A stretch of DNA of 16,292 nucleotides from positions 1 to 16,292 of the forward strand of contig JAZKFH010000045.1 in assembly GCA_040386535.1 (NCBI GenBank), read 5' to 3'. A program made the position numbers and the translations under genes. The first letter of the stretch is position 1; each line of letters starts with the position of its first letter. This document shows positions 1 through 9,771 of the stretch, in pieces. The DNA is from Myxococcota bacterium (GTDB lineage Bacteria > Myxococcota_A > UBA796 > SXON01). Under the pieces are notes generated by a model. The model made no database searches, had not been told where the DNA came from, and saw only the letters and a program-made list of their open reading frames with translations.

Positions 1-183
1 TCAGGCCGCTCCGTCAGGCCGCTCCGTCAGGCCGCTCCGTCAGGCCGCTCCGTCACGCCGCTCCGTCACGCCGCTCCTGCAGGCCGCTCCGTCAGGCCGC
101 TCCGTCAGGCCGCTGTGTCAGGCCGCTCCGTCACGCCGCTCCTGCAGGCCGCTCCGTCAGGCCGCTCCGTCAGGCCGCTGTGT
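1..183. repeat. 13-bp tandem repeat (TCAGGCCGCTCCG), ~14 copies, runs off the left edge
   Basis: Consecutive TCAGGCCGCTCCG units with variants TCACGCCGCTCCG/T, GCAGGCCGCTCCG and TCAGGCCGCTGTG. Confidence 0.95.
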
Positions 184-420
184 CCAGGCGCGCGCGCCAG
201 GTCGGCGGAGGGCGGGCCGCGCCGCGCGGCCCGGTCCCGCTCCCGGAGCCGTCAGGCGGAGGGAGCGGACGGAGGCCGGAGGCCGACCCCGCAGGCGGCC
301 GACCGCCCGTCTTCGGGCGGGGGCGCCCCAGAATGTGCAACGCCCGCCACCCCCTTGCCTCCCTCCCTCCCGCGCCCACCTTCTCCGAGACCCGCCCGAA
401 TCCACGTCCGGAGCCCGACC

Positions 421-882
421 GTGCGCCTCGAACTCACCAGCCCCGCGTTCTCGACGGGCGGCACCATCCCGAAGAAGCACACGTGTGAGGGCGCCAACAC
501 CTCGCCGGCGCTGACTTGGACCGAGGTGCCCGCGGGCACGCGCACCCTCGCGCTCGTGGTGGACGACCCCGACGCGCCCGGCGGCACGTGGGTGCATTGG
601 GTGGCGTGGAACATTCCCGCGACCGCGCGCGGGCTGCCCGAGGCTGTGTCACCTACCGACGCGATGCTCCAGCAGGGCCAGAATGATTTTCGTGCCATCG
701 GATACGGCGGCCCCTGCCCACCCCGCGGCCACGGGCCCCATCGCTATTTCTTCCGCCTCTATGCGCTCGACGCCCCGCTCACGCTGCCCCCGACCACCAC
801 CCGCGCCACGCTCGATGCGGCGTTGGCCGGCCACGTGCTCGCGACCGCCGAGCTGATGGGGACGTACCTGCGGGATCGATAG
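421..882 (+). CDS. YbhB/YbcL family Raf kinase inhibitor-like (PEBP) protein
   Basis: GTG at 421 after GGAG. Motifs [51 protein letters not shown]. The upstream part of ORF 115..882 is repeat-derived or low-complexity. Confidence 0.93.
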   Translation: [153 protein letters not shown]

Positions 883-924
883 GCCGTCCGCACCAACCCC
901 GCGGCAACCCGCTCCGGAGCCCCC

Positions 925-2220
925 ATGTCCATTGTTTGCGCGACGGACCTCACCGTCCGCTCCAACCCGGCGGTCGACGCGCTCGCGGGCCTGATCCCGC
1001 GGCTGGGGGAGCGGGAGATTTGGCTGGTGCACGTGCTCCACCCGGAGACCCGCGAGGTGGATGCCACGGCCCACGCCCTGCTTCGCGCCGCCGCGGAGCG
1101 CCATCTCGCCGCGCAGGCGGAGGCGATCCGCGCCCAGACCGGGGTAGCGGTCCACCCCGAGGTGCTCGAGGGGCCGGTGGCCGGCACGCTCCGGGCGTTC
1201 GCCGAGGCGAAGCGGGCACGGCTCCTCGTCATCGGCTCCCCGACCCCCGCCGCGCTGCCCGTGTACCGGCTCGCCGGGACCACCGAACGGGTGATCCAAG
1301 CGTCGTTGGTGCCCGTGCTGGTCGTGCGCTCGGCTCAGCCGTTCCTCGCGTGGGGGCGCCGCGAGCGCGCGCTCGGTGTCGTGCTGGGCGTCGACGACAG
1401 TTACACCTCCCAGGCGGTCGTGGCCGCGGGGAAGGACCTGGCACGCGCCGGCGATGTCGTGCTCAGCGCCGTCGAGGTGTACTACGCGTCGGAAGCGGGG
1501 CGGCGCTACGGGGTGCCGGTGCGCTCGTGGATGTTGCCCGATCCGGAGGTCGAGGCGCTCGTGACGCGGGACCTGGAGCGGCGCGTCGGCGATGTCCCGG
1601 GTGCCGAGGTCCGGCTGCGCCCGAAGCTCGGCCACGGGCGGCTCGGCGACCACCTGCTCGAGGTCGTCCGCGAGGAGAACGCAGACCTCGTGATCGTCGG
1701 GACGCACGACCGTCGCCACCTCGCACGGCTGGGGTCCGCGTCGGCAGTGGTGCTGCACTTCGGCACCGTGTCCACGCTGATCGCGCCGACCACCGCGCTC
1801 CCGTCGCGGGTGGGCGCCCCCGAGGTGCGCCGGGTGTTGGTCGCCACCGACCTGTCGGACTTCGCGGGGCAGGCCGTCGCCTACGCCTACGAGGTGCTCC
1901 GGGGGCGCACCGGCGAGGTGCACCTGCTCCACGTCGACACCACCACGCCCCCCGCCGCCCGGGACGCCGCCTGCGCGCGCGTGCGGGCCTTCGCGCCAAC
2001 GCCGTCCCCCGAGGGGATCGACACCCACGTGCACGTCGTGGCGCGCAGCGACGTGGCGGCCGCCATCGTCGAGACCGCCGAGCGCCTCGGCGCGGACATG
2101 GTGTGCATCGCCTCGCATGGACGCAAGGGGGTGGTGCGGACCGTGCTGGGATCGGTATCCGAGGAGGTGGTGCGCGCGAGCCGCCGACCCGTGCTGGTCG
2201 TGCGGCCCCGGGAGGGCTGA
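925..2220 (+). CDS. Universal stress protein with three tandem USP domains
   Basis: ATG after GGAG. Three USP-type units: IVCATDL...LLVIGS...GTTERVI...PVLVVR; VVLGVD...ADLVIVGTH...LGSAS; VLVATDLS...MVCIASHGR...LGSVSEEVVR...PVLVVR. Confidence 0.92.
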   Translation: MSIVCATDLTVRSNPAVDALAGLIPRLGEREIWLVHVLHPETREVDATAHALLRAAAERHLAAQAEAIRAQTGVAVHPEVLEGPVAGTLRAFAEAKRARLLVIGSPTPAALPVYRLAGTTERVIQASLVPVLVVRSAQPFLAWGRRERALGVVLGVDDSYTSQAVVAAGKDLARAGDVVLSAVEVYYASEAGRRYGVPVRSWMLPDPEVEALVTRDLERRVGDVPGAEVRLRPKLGHGRLGDHLLEVVREENADLVIVGTHDRRHLARLGSASAVVLHFGTVSTLIAPTTALPSRVGAPEVRRVLVATDLSDFAGQAVAYAYEVLRGRTGEVHLLHVDTTTPPAARDAACARVRAFAPTPSPEGIDTHVHVVARSDVAAAIVETAERLGADMVCIASHGRKGVVRTVLGSVSEEVVRASRRPVLVVRPREG

Positions 2221-2234
2221 CGTTGGTTGTTGGT

Positions 2235-2292
2235 TGGGCGACCGACGTTGGGCGCGGTGCCCCGGCGCCCCGAGCGGCGCCGCCCGCGCCCG
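2235..2292. repeat. 58-bp hairpin repeat, copy 1 (direct repeat with 3241-3297)
   Basis: TGGGCGACCGACGTTGGGCGCGG...CCGCGCCCG with stem GGGCGCGG/CCGCGCCC. Three substitutions and one indel relative to copy 2. Confidence 0.9.
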
Positions 2293-2349
2293 CTACACAA
2301 CAGCCTGCTACACACAGGCCTGCTACACATCAGCCTGCTACAACAACTG
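2293..2349. repeat. 15-bp tandem repeat (CTACACnnnnGCCTG), ~4 copies
   Basis: CTA at 2293, 2308, 2323 and 2338 (period 15), giving four in-frame TAG codons on the minus strand. Confidence 0.85.
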
Positions 2350-2801
2350 CGGCCGGGTGCTCGTCTGCGAGGACGCGTTCTTCGTGCCGGAGCCGTTGCC
2401 GGCGATCGCGGCGAGGGGCGGCGGGGCGGTGAAGCCGGAGTCGTCGTCGCCACACGACGAGGGATGCCGAGCTCGCCGTCCCCGTCCCGCGCGACCGCGG
2501 CGTAGAACTTGCCCTTCGCCAGCGTCTCCTGCTTGCCGCGGCGGTCGGCCTCCCCGAGCAGGCTCACCTTGCCGCTGAGCGAGGCGCGGACAGGGTCGCC
2601 GACGAAGGCCACGTCGGTGGAGAACACGACGGCCACCTCGTCCTCGAAGGTGAAGGTCAGCTCCTCCGTGGCGAGGTCTTCACCCTCCGCGTCGAGCCAA
2701 GTGACAGAGATGTCGGTCTCGTCCGAATCGAACGCGGTGTCCCAACGGTATTGGGTCACGGAGAGCGCGTAGCCGCGCTCGTCGTCGGGGACGAGCCGAA
2801 C
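2338..2801 (-). pseudogene. 5'-truncated, frameshifted remnant of an acidic beta-rich hypothetical protein
   Basis: Protein-like frame VRLVPDDERGYALSVTQYRWDTAF...LAKGKFYAAVARDGDGELGI. After a frame change near 2460 it reads SSCGDDDSGFTAPPPLAAIAGNGSGTKNASSQTSTRPQLL*. No convincing start with RBS. Confidence 0.6.
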
Positions 2802-2803
2802 GT

Positions 2804-3205
2804 GCCGACGCGCGCGAGGAGCACGTAGCCGATCACGACGCCGCCGAGAGCCGCGAATGCCTGACGCGCTTCGACGCGACGATCGATCTCGGCGGCGGGT
2901 GTGTCATCGCCGTGAGCGCCGACGGGCGCTCGGACCGCCTCGACATCTACGACGCGAACCCCAACAACCTCGACGGCTGCGGCCTCGACGGCCCCTGGCT
3001 GATCGACGACGTGGGTGACAGCCACGTGCGGGTGGATGGCGAGATCGAGGCCTCGGAGTTCGAGAACACCATCTGCTACGAGGGGACGCTCACGATCGTG
3101 CTCGACCTGGCGCTGAGCGACGGCACGTCGAGCGTGGCGATGACCGGCGCGGTGACACTCGACGGCGGCGCGGTGGGAGGCACGGCGGCGGCGGCGTGCG
3201 AGTGA
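2804..3205 (+). pseudogene. 5'-truncated remnant of a secreted-type hypothetical protein
   Basis: The protein-like frame extends upstream of the GTG at 2912 (ADAREEHVADHDAAESRECLTRFDATIDLGGGCVIAVSADGRSDRLDIYD...AAAACE*). GC3-rich codons, no signal peptide or RBS. Confidence 0.55.
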
Positions 3206-3240
3206 CCGTGTGACAGTTGGGGGGCGGGCGGAGAGATGTC

Positions 3241-3297
3241 TGGGCGACCAACGTTGGGCGCGGTGCCCGTCGCCCCGAGCGGCGCCGACCGCGCCCG
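3241..3297. repeat. 57-bp hairpin repeat, copy 2 (direct repeat with 2235-2292)
   Basis: TGGGCGACCAACGTTGGGCGCGGT...ACCGCGCCCG with a 9-bp stem GGGCGCGGT/ACCGCGCCC. Confidence 0.9.
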
Positions 3298-3409
3298 GTG
3301 TGCGGGGCGGCCTCGTGCGGGACGAGGCGCGCGCATGTTGGCCGGTGTGTCGGGTTGACAAGCCGGGGCGCCCGAGGGAGCTTCGGCTTCTTTGGATCCC
3401 CGCGGTGTG

Positions 3410-3575
3410 GGTCGCTGAGGCGGGATCATTTGGGATGAGCGCGCATGTTGGCCGCGGGGCGGTCACGGACGGGGGATCATCCGGGATGGTCGCCGATGTT
3501 GGCCGCGGGGCGGTCACGGACGCGGGATCATCCGGGATGATCGTGGATGTTGGCCACGGGGCGGTCACGGAGGCC
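3410..3575. repeat. 51-bp tandem palindromic repeat (GATCATCCGGGATGATC family), ~3 copies
   Basis: GGGATCAT at 3422, 3473 and 3524. Unit GGGATCATCCGGGATGATCGTGGATGTTGGCCGCGGGGCGGTCACGGACGC. Related inverted copies near 10629-10687 and 11396-11456. Confidence 0.9.
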
Positions 3576-3623
3576 GGCGGCGTGATCGTCGACCGTCGGC
3601 CTGCGCCGAAACCGGTTGCAGAC

Positions 3624-3825
3624 CGGCCAAGAGTAGGGGGCCTTGCCCGCAGGGGGTGGCATTCTTGGCCGGTTTCGAGGGGATCCTCGGGGTTCCGTCG
3701 GCGGAGGCACCGAAACTACCGGCGTTGCTCCGTGTAGGGCGGCCGCGTGGGCCGCGGTCCCGGCCCCAGAGCGGCCAAGAGTAGGGGGGCTTGCCGGCAG
3801 GGGGTGGCATTCTTGGCCGGTTTCG
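3624..3825. repeat. Hairpin doublet: two 54-bp direct repeats (3624-3677, 3772-3825) around a ~94-bp core
   Basis: CGGCCAAGAGTAGGGG...GGCATTCTTGGCCGGTTTCG, 52/54 identical. Each copy has a CGGCCAAGA/TCTTGGCCG stem. Confidence 0.9.
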
Positions 3826-4218
3826 GGGGGCAGGTACCCGCTCGGTGTGTTCCAAGGTCAGGTTCTCCAAGGCGGACAGTTCCGGCGGCGTGGCCCGGCG
3901 CACCAGGTGCCGATGCCCTGCCGGCCCGACCCGCCGACGCCCACCCCGCGCGAGGTGCCCGGAGGGCGGCCGGTCCGCCGGCCGGTCCGGCCGGGCGGTC
4001 GGGGGGACGAGGATCACTCCCAAATGATCACGCCCGGACGACCGAGCGGCTCCCGCCGCGAGTCCGCAGGGGACCGGCCCCGGCTCGGCGGGGACGCGCC
4101 CGGGATGCGACGAATCGCGCCTTGGAGACGGTGCGCCAGGTGCCGGCGCCGCCATGTCCGCGCCGCCGCCCGCGCCCGGTCCGCGGTCCGGTGCGGTAGA
4201 CTCGCCCGCGGAGGCTCC

Positions 4219-5781
<1,563 letters not shown>

Positions 5782-6019
5782 GGGGAGATCGGGGCGCCCC
5801 GCAGGTCGGCTCCGGGCTCGCAGCGGAGCTGCTCGGTCGGCCGGGCGGGTCGGCAGTGGCGCGGCGTTTGGAGCGTCGGTGCGCCCGGCCGGACCAGCCG
5901 CCGGGGGCGGCTGCCCTCCGCGCCCTTGGCGCCTGGATTGGTTCGCGTTGGCGCCGAAAGCGGCCACAAGTCGCGACGCCTCGACATCCGCCTGCTACCG
6001 TAGACCCCCCGAGATCCCC

Positions 6020-6394
6020 ATGACACGCCTCCTCCTCCTCGCCGTCCCCCTCCTCGCCGGGTGCCTCTCCTGCACCGACATGGCCTGCGTGGGCATGCTC
6101 GCCATCACCTTCGACGGGGAGCTGCCCGACGGCGCCGAGGTGACCGTGCTCCTCGACGGCGAGCCCGTTGCCTGCGACGGGGAGCAGTGCGAGTTGCGCG
6201 AGGACGGCTTCGGCCTCGTGGTGATCCTGTTCGGCAGCGACGAGCCCGAAGTGGTCGTCCGGATCACGACTGCTGGGGCCGACGAGGATCACCCGGTCTC
6301 CCCCACCTGGGACGCTCCGTACTTTCCGAACGGAGAGGTCTGCGACGGCAAGGACGGCGGCTGCCTCGGGGGCGAGGCCACCCTGGCGGTCTGA
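6020..6394 (+). CDS. Cys-rich hypothetical lipoprotein, 124 aa
   Basis: ATG at 6020, signal MTRLLLLAVPLLAGC with lipobox LAGC, then CTDMAC and a C-terminal PNGEVCD...C. Confidence 0.8.
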   Translation: MTRLLLLAVPLLAGCLSCTDMACVGMLAITFDGELPDGAEVTVLLDGEPVACDGEQCELREDGFGLVVILFGSDEPEVVVRITTAGADEDHPVSPTWDAPYFPNGEVCDGKDGGCLGGEATLAV

Positions 6395-6468
6395 GGGCCT
6401 GGCCGTAGGCCTTGGGCCTGCAATTGGCGCCGGAAGCGGCTGCCCCCGCGCCCTTGGCGCATGGATCG

Positions 6469-7089
6469 TCAGCGCACCCCCGTGTAGTACGCCGGGGGGA
6501 ACACCCCGAGCCCGTCGAGCGGCGCGGGGAGGACCTCGCAGCGATCGGCCCGAAGGCGCACGGACCGGAGCTCGGCGCGAATCTTCTCGAGGAGCTGGGT
6601 GGAGACGACGAGGGCTCCGGGGAACCCCTCGTAGATCTCGCGGACGGGCGTCGACGGCGTCACGTGACGGACGCCGCCGGCAGAGTAGAACCCCCGATGG
6701 CACTCCGAGCAGGTCCGCGTCTGCACCTGGTTGGTGCCACGCTGCGCCAGCGGCTCCCGGCCCCAGAAGACGTGGCCGCCCTTCACGGGCTCGCCGTCGG
6801 GCCCGATCGCGTCCGCGAGGAAGAGCGCGTCCTCGACGGCGGCCTGGCCGAGCACGGCGATCAGCGCGTCGTGGATGTACCCGACCCCGAGGGTGCCCTG
6901 GAAGAAGTAGCGGGTGCGCGGGGGGAAGCGGTCCGCGAACTCCACCGGCACCAAGCCGCCCGCGCGGAGGAGGAAGCCACACTCGGGGCACAGGCGCGCC
7001 CGATTCTGGGCCGCCCAGTACTTGCTCGGCGGGAGATGCCCGGTGTTGGTGCTGAGCACGTGCAGGCCCGGCGGCGCGATCCTGGTCAA
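6469..7089 (-). CDS. Hypothetical protein with two CxxC motifs (possibly double-CXXCG/immunity-like)
   Basis: Protein-like composition with CPECG and CSECH. Likely start TTG at 7089 (GAGG upstream) or GTG at 7107. Confidence 0.7.
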   Translation of the reverse strand: MTRIAPPGLHVLSTNTGHLPPSKYWAAQNRARLCPECGFLLRAGGLVPVEFADRFPPRTRYFFQGTLGVGYIHDALIAVLGQAAVEDALFLADAIGPDGEPVKGGHVFWGREPLAQRGTNQVQTRTCSECHRGFYSAGGVRHVTPSTPVREIYEGFPGALVVSTQLLEKIRAELRSVRLRADRCEVLPAPLDGLGVFPPAYYTGVR

Positions 7090-7234
7090 CGGTAGTGCCT
7101 CGAGCACATTGTGGCATGACGATGCGAAGCACGGGAGCGGAAGCCCGGAGGCACCGCCGGAGGGGGCTGGGCGCGGATACGGGCCGGACGGGTGGCCGAT
7201 GGGGGGCGTGGCGAGCCGGCCGGCCTGCTGGACC

Positions 7235-7465
7235 ACCCGACAGAACGGGCGTCAGTGGGGGCACTGAGGCGATCTTTGTCGGGTCTTCTTCGCCCGCGTC
7301 GGCGGTCGGGACCGCCGCGACCCCCCGCTCCGACGGAGAAACGCCGAGTTTATCGAGGTCGGGGCGCCATGCTCGCGCGCAATGCCGCTGCGTAGGCGGC
7401 TCGGGGGCTTGCCGACCCGACAGAACGGGCGTCAGTGCGGGGAGTGAGGCGAGATCTGTCGGGTC
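7235..7465. repeat. Hairpin doublet: two 51-bp direct repeats (7235-7285, 7415-7465) around a ~130-bp core
   Basis: ACCCGACAGAACGGGCGTCAGTG...TGAGGCGA...TGTCGGGTC twice, offset 180, with stem ACCCGACA/TGTCGGGT. Confidence 0.9.
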
Positions 7466-7500
7466 CCGACGGCGGGCGGACGGAACGGCGCCAGCGCAGG

Positions 7501-8436
7501 TCAACGGCGGAGCTCCCCCGACGCGGCGCGGCGCCGCAACCACCGCGGATCGAACAGCGCGAGGTGCGTCACCAGCATCCCCCACGAGATGTCCTGGAGT
7601 CCTACGAGCCCGAGCAGGCCGGCGTGCATGCCGAACAGCGCTAGCCACAACGCCGGGCGCAGCCGTCGCGAGAGGGCCAGCGGCGCGGCGAGGAGCTCCA
7701 GGCCGAGCGTTCCCCAGGTGGCGACGGCGAGGACCGCGTCGGGCAGGGCCGCGAGCGCGTGGACGAGCGGGTTGTCGAGCGCGATGGGGCCACGCAACAT
7801 GCGGGCGACCGCGCTGCCGTCGGCCCAGCTCGGGCTCACCAGCTTGGTGTAGCCGGAGAACGAATAGCCCACGGTGAAGACGACCCAGAGCGCGCCGAGC
7901 ACGTCGCGGGGCAGGCGGTCGGCGAACCCGCACCAGGCGGCGCTTCCACCGGCGCGGCGCGCACGCCAGCGGTCGATCGACCACGGCGGGTTGGGCCGGG
8001 CGAAGGCGTGCGCGAGCAGGAAGAAGCCGAGGTAGGGCAGCGAGGGGTTGAGCGTCAACATGTTGCGGTGCCACAAGGTGGCGGCGCCGAGCGCGAGCAG
8101 CACGCCGGCCGTGCGCGTGAACAGCCCGGCCGCGAACGCCAGCGACAAGCCGACGAGCCCGAGCACCACGGCCTGGATCATCCACGGGGCGTCGAGGTGG
8201 TGGAGGGGGGAGAAGCCGAGCGCGACGGGGTTGCGCGCGGGGTCGGCGAGCATGCCCTGGTCGGAGTAGAGAGTGGTGGCCCAGGGGTAGAGGCGCGCGT
8301 AGTGAACGGCGAGCTGCACGCCGATGGCGACGCGCACGACGGCGAAGATCGGCACGCGGCGCACCGCGGAGAGGAGTCCACTGGCGTTGAGAGGGGCGGC
8401 GGGTGCGGCGGGAGTGGCGGGCAGGGTCAGGAGCAC
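7501..8436 (-). CDS. HTTM domain membrane protein (vitamin K-dependent carboxylase/SdpB-like), 311 aa
   Basis: GTG at 8436 after a GGAGG inside the upstream gene's 3' end. Multiple TM helices. Motifs LYSDQGML, GLFTR, WHRNMLTLNPSLPY, WSID, GYSFSGYTKLVSPSWADGSA, LGLELL, FGMHAGL. Confidence 0.8.
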   Translation of the reverse strand: MLLTLPATPAAPAAPLNASGLLSAVRRVPIFAVVRVAIGVQLAVHYARLYPWATTLYSDQGMLADPARNPVALGFSPLHHLDAPWMIQAVVLGLVGLSLAFAAGLFTRTAGVLLALGAATLWHRNMLTLNPSLPYLGFFLLAHAFARPNPPWSIDRWRARRAGGSAAWCGFADRLPRDVLGALWVVFTVGYSFSGYTKLVSPSWADGSAVARMLRGPIALDNPLVHALAALPDAVLAVATWGTLGLELLAAPLALSRRLRPALWLALFGMHAGLLGLVGLQDISWGMLVTHLALFDPRWLRRRAASGELRR

Positions 8437-9668
8437 GAGACCTCCACGTGGCGGACGGGGCCTGGCAGGCCGGGGGCGGGGTGGGCGTCGATGGTCACGC
8501 GGACGGGCGCGGTGTCGTCGGGCAGGCCGAGGGCGGGGCGGAAGGTGGGGTCGACACACACCGCGTGGAAGAGCACGGTCTGGACGGTGTCGTCGGGCAA
8601 CCACGGGCCGTAGGCGACCGCGGCGCCGTACGCGTTGCGGAGCATGTACGGGCCGACGGGGTGGGCGGCGACGGCGGCGTCGAAGAGCAGGGTGCGTGCG
8701 GTGCCGTCGGCGAGGGTGACGGTCACCACGCGCTCATAGGCCCACGGCTCGACGCGGCCGGAAGTCGGGAGCGCTGTGTCGCCGGGCGCGGGCTCCATCC
8801 CGGAGAACACCTTGGGGAAGGGCGAGGCGAGGGTGAGCTTGCCGAGGCCGGCGAGCGCGGGGCCGGCGCGGGGGGCGAGCGGGGTCAGGAGCGTGCCGCC
8901 GACGCTGGCGAGGCCGACCAGGACGAGCAGCGCGAGCCCGAGCTGGCGCGGGCGGGTGCGCCGGCGGGCGACCACGTCCTGGAACAGGAGCATCGCGCCG
9001 ATGCGGGCCTCCTGGTCGGGCTCGAAGCCACACGCGTCGTCCATGGTCGCGGGGTTGTGGAAGGTGCCGAACAGGAGATCCCAGAGCGGCAGGTCGCTGT
9101 AGTTGGAGGTGTGGCGGCCGCGGGCGTGGTGGACGCGGTGCATCTCGGGGCGTTGCACAAGGTAGCCGAGCCACCGCGGGGTGTGGACGTTGCTGTGGTA
9201 GACGAACTCCGCCCCTGCGGAAAGCGCCGCGTACGCCACCGCCGCCGCGGGCGAGAGGCCGAACAGCGGCCCGGCGATGGCGCCGGAGAGCAGCGCGTTC
9301 GCCACCTGCTCGAGCGGGTGCTTGTAGAACGCCATCGCCACCTCGATGCGCGCGGGGCTGTGGTGCAGCTGGTGCATCCCGAGCCACAACGCGCGGCTCT
9401 CGTGGCGGGCGCGGTGCCACACGTACCAGACGAGCGTGGAGAGCAGGTACACGCCGCCGCCCGCGACCACGTCGGGAAGCGCGTCGAGCGGCAGGAGCGG
9501 CCGTGCCACGCGCTCGCAGAGGGGGCCCACCGCGAGCACCACGGCGAGCTGGAACAGGTTCGCGAGCACCAGGCGGAGCGTCCAGCTCGGGACGACGGGC
9601 AGGCTGCGGGCGGGTGCGAGACGCTCCCAGGTCAGGAAACCGGCGGCGAGGGCGGCGATGGGGAACAT
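8427..9668 (-). CDS. Sterol desaturase/fatty acid hydroxylase family protein fused to a C-terminal membrane-anchored domain of unknown function, 413 aa
   Basis: ATG at 9668 after GGAGG. His boxes HRARH, HQLHH, YHSN, HRVHH and NYSDLPLWDLLFGTF. An extra ~170 aa follows: TM helix, ASPFPKVFSG, GPYMLRNAYGAAVAYGP. Confidence 0.9.
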   Translation of the reverse strand: MFPIAALAAGFLTWERLAPARSLPVVPSWTLRLVLANLFQLAVVLAVGPLCERVARPLLPLDALPDVVAGGGVYLLSTLVWYVWHRARHESRALWLGMHQLHHSPARIEVAMAFYKHPLEQVANALLSGAIAGPLFGLSPAAAVAYAALSAGAEFVYHSNVHTPRWLGYLVQRPEMHRVHHARGRHTSNYSDLPLWDLLFGTFHNPATMDDACGFEPDQEARIGAMLLFQDVVARRRTRPRQLGLALLVLVGLASVGGTLLTPLAPRAGPALAGLGKLTLASPFPKVFSGMEPAPGDTALPTSGRVEPWAYERVVTVTLADGTARTLLFDAAVAAHPVGPYMLRNAYGAAVAYGPWLPDDTVQTVLFHAVCVDPTFRPALGLPDDTAPVRVTIDAHPAPGLPGPVRHVEVSCS

Positions 9669-9724
9669 GCGGGTTGCCTCCACCCGGAAGGTACGGTGGG
9701 AGGGCGCGGGCTGGGGTGTGGTAG

Positions 9725-9741
9725 AACAGACAGTGTCTGTT
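9725..9741. promoter_or_regulatory. Palindromic operator candidate 1 (AACAGACA-G-TGTCTGTT)
   Basis: Perfect 8-bp inverted repeat with a 1-bp spacer in the divergent intergenic region. Confidence 0.65.
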
Positions 9742-9771
9742 GGGGCGGCGATTCACGGGATGTGAGGTAGA

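Noticed and set aside
2117..2578. RiPP-like precursor containing ACYTQACYTSACYNNC
   Set aside because: It has no plausible start, RBS or leader and no maturase nearby. The pattern is explained by the 15-bp repeat.
2235..3297. Integron attC sites (GTTGGGC fits GTTRRRY)
   Set aside because: There is no correctly placed RYYYAAC partner enclosing the hairpin, the genes are not co-oriented, and no integrase is present.
3643..4218. N-terminal extension of the Hsp70 ORF
   Set aside because: It is Arg/Pro/Gly-rich translation of repeats, and there is a strong RBS and ATG at 4219.
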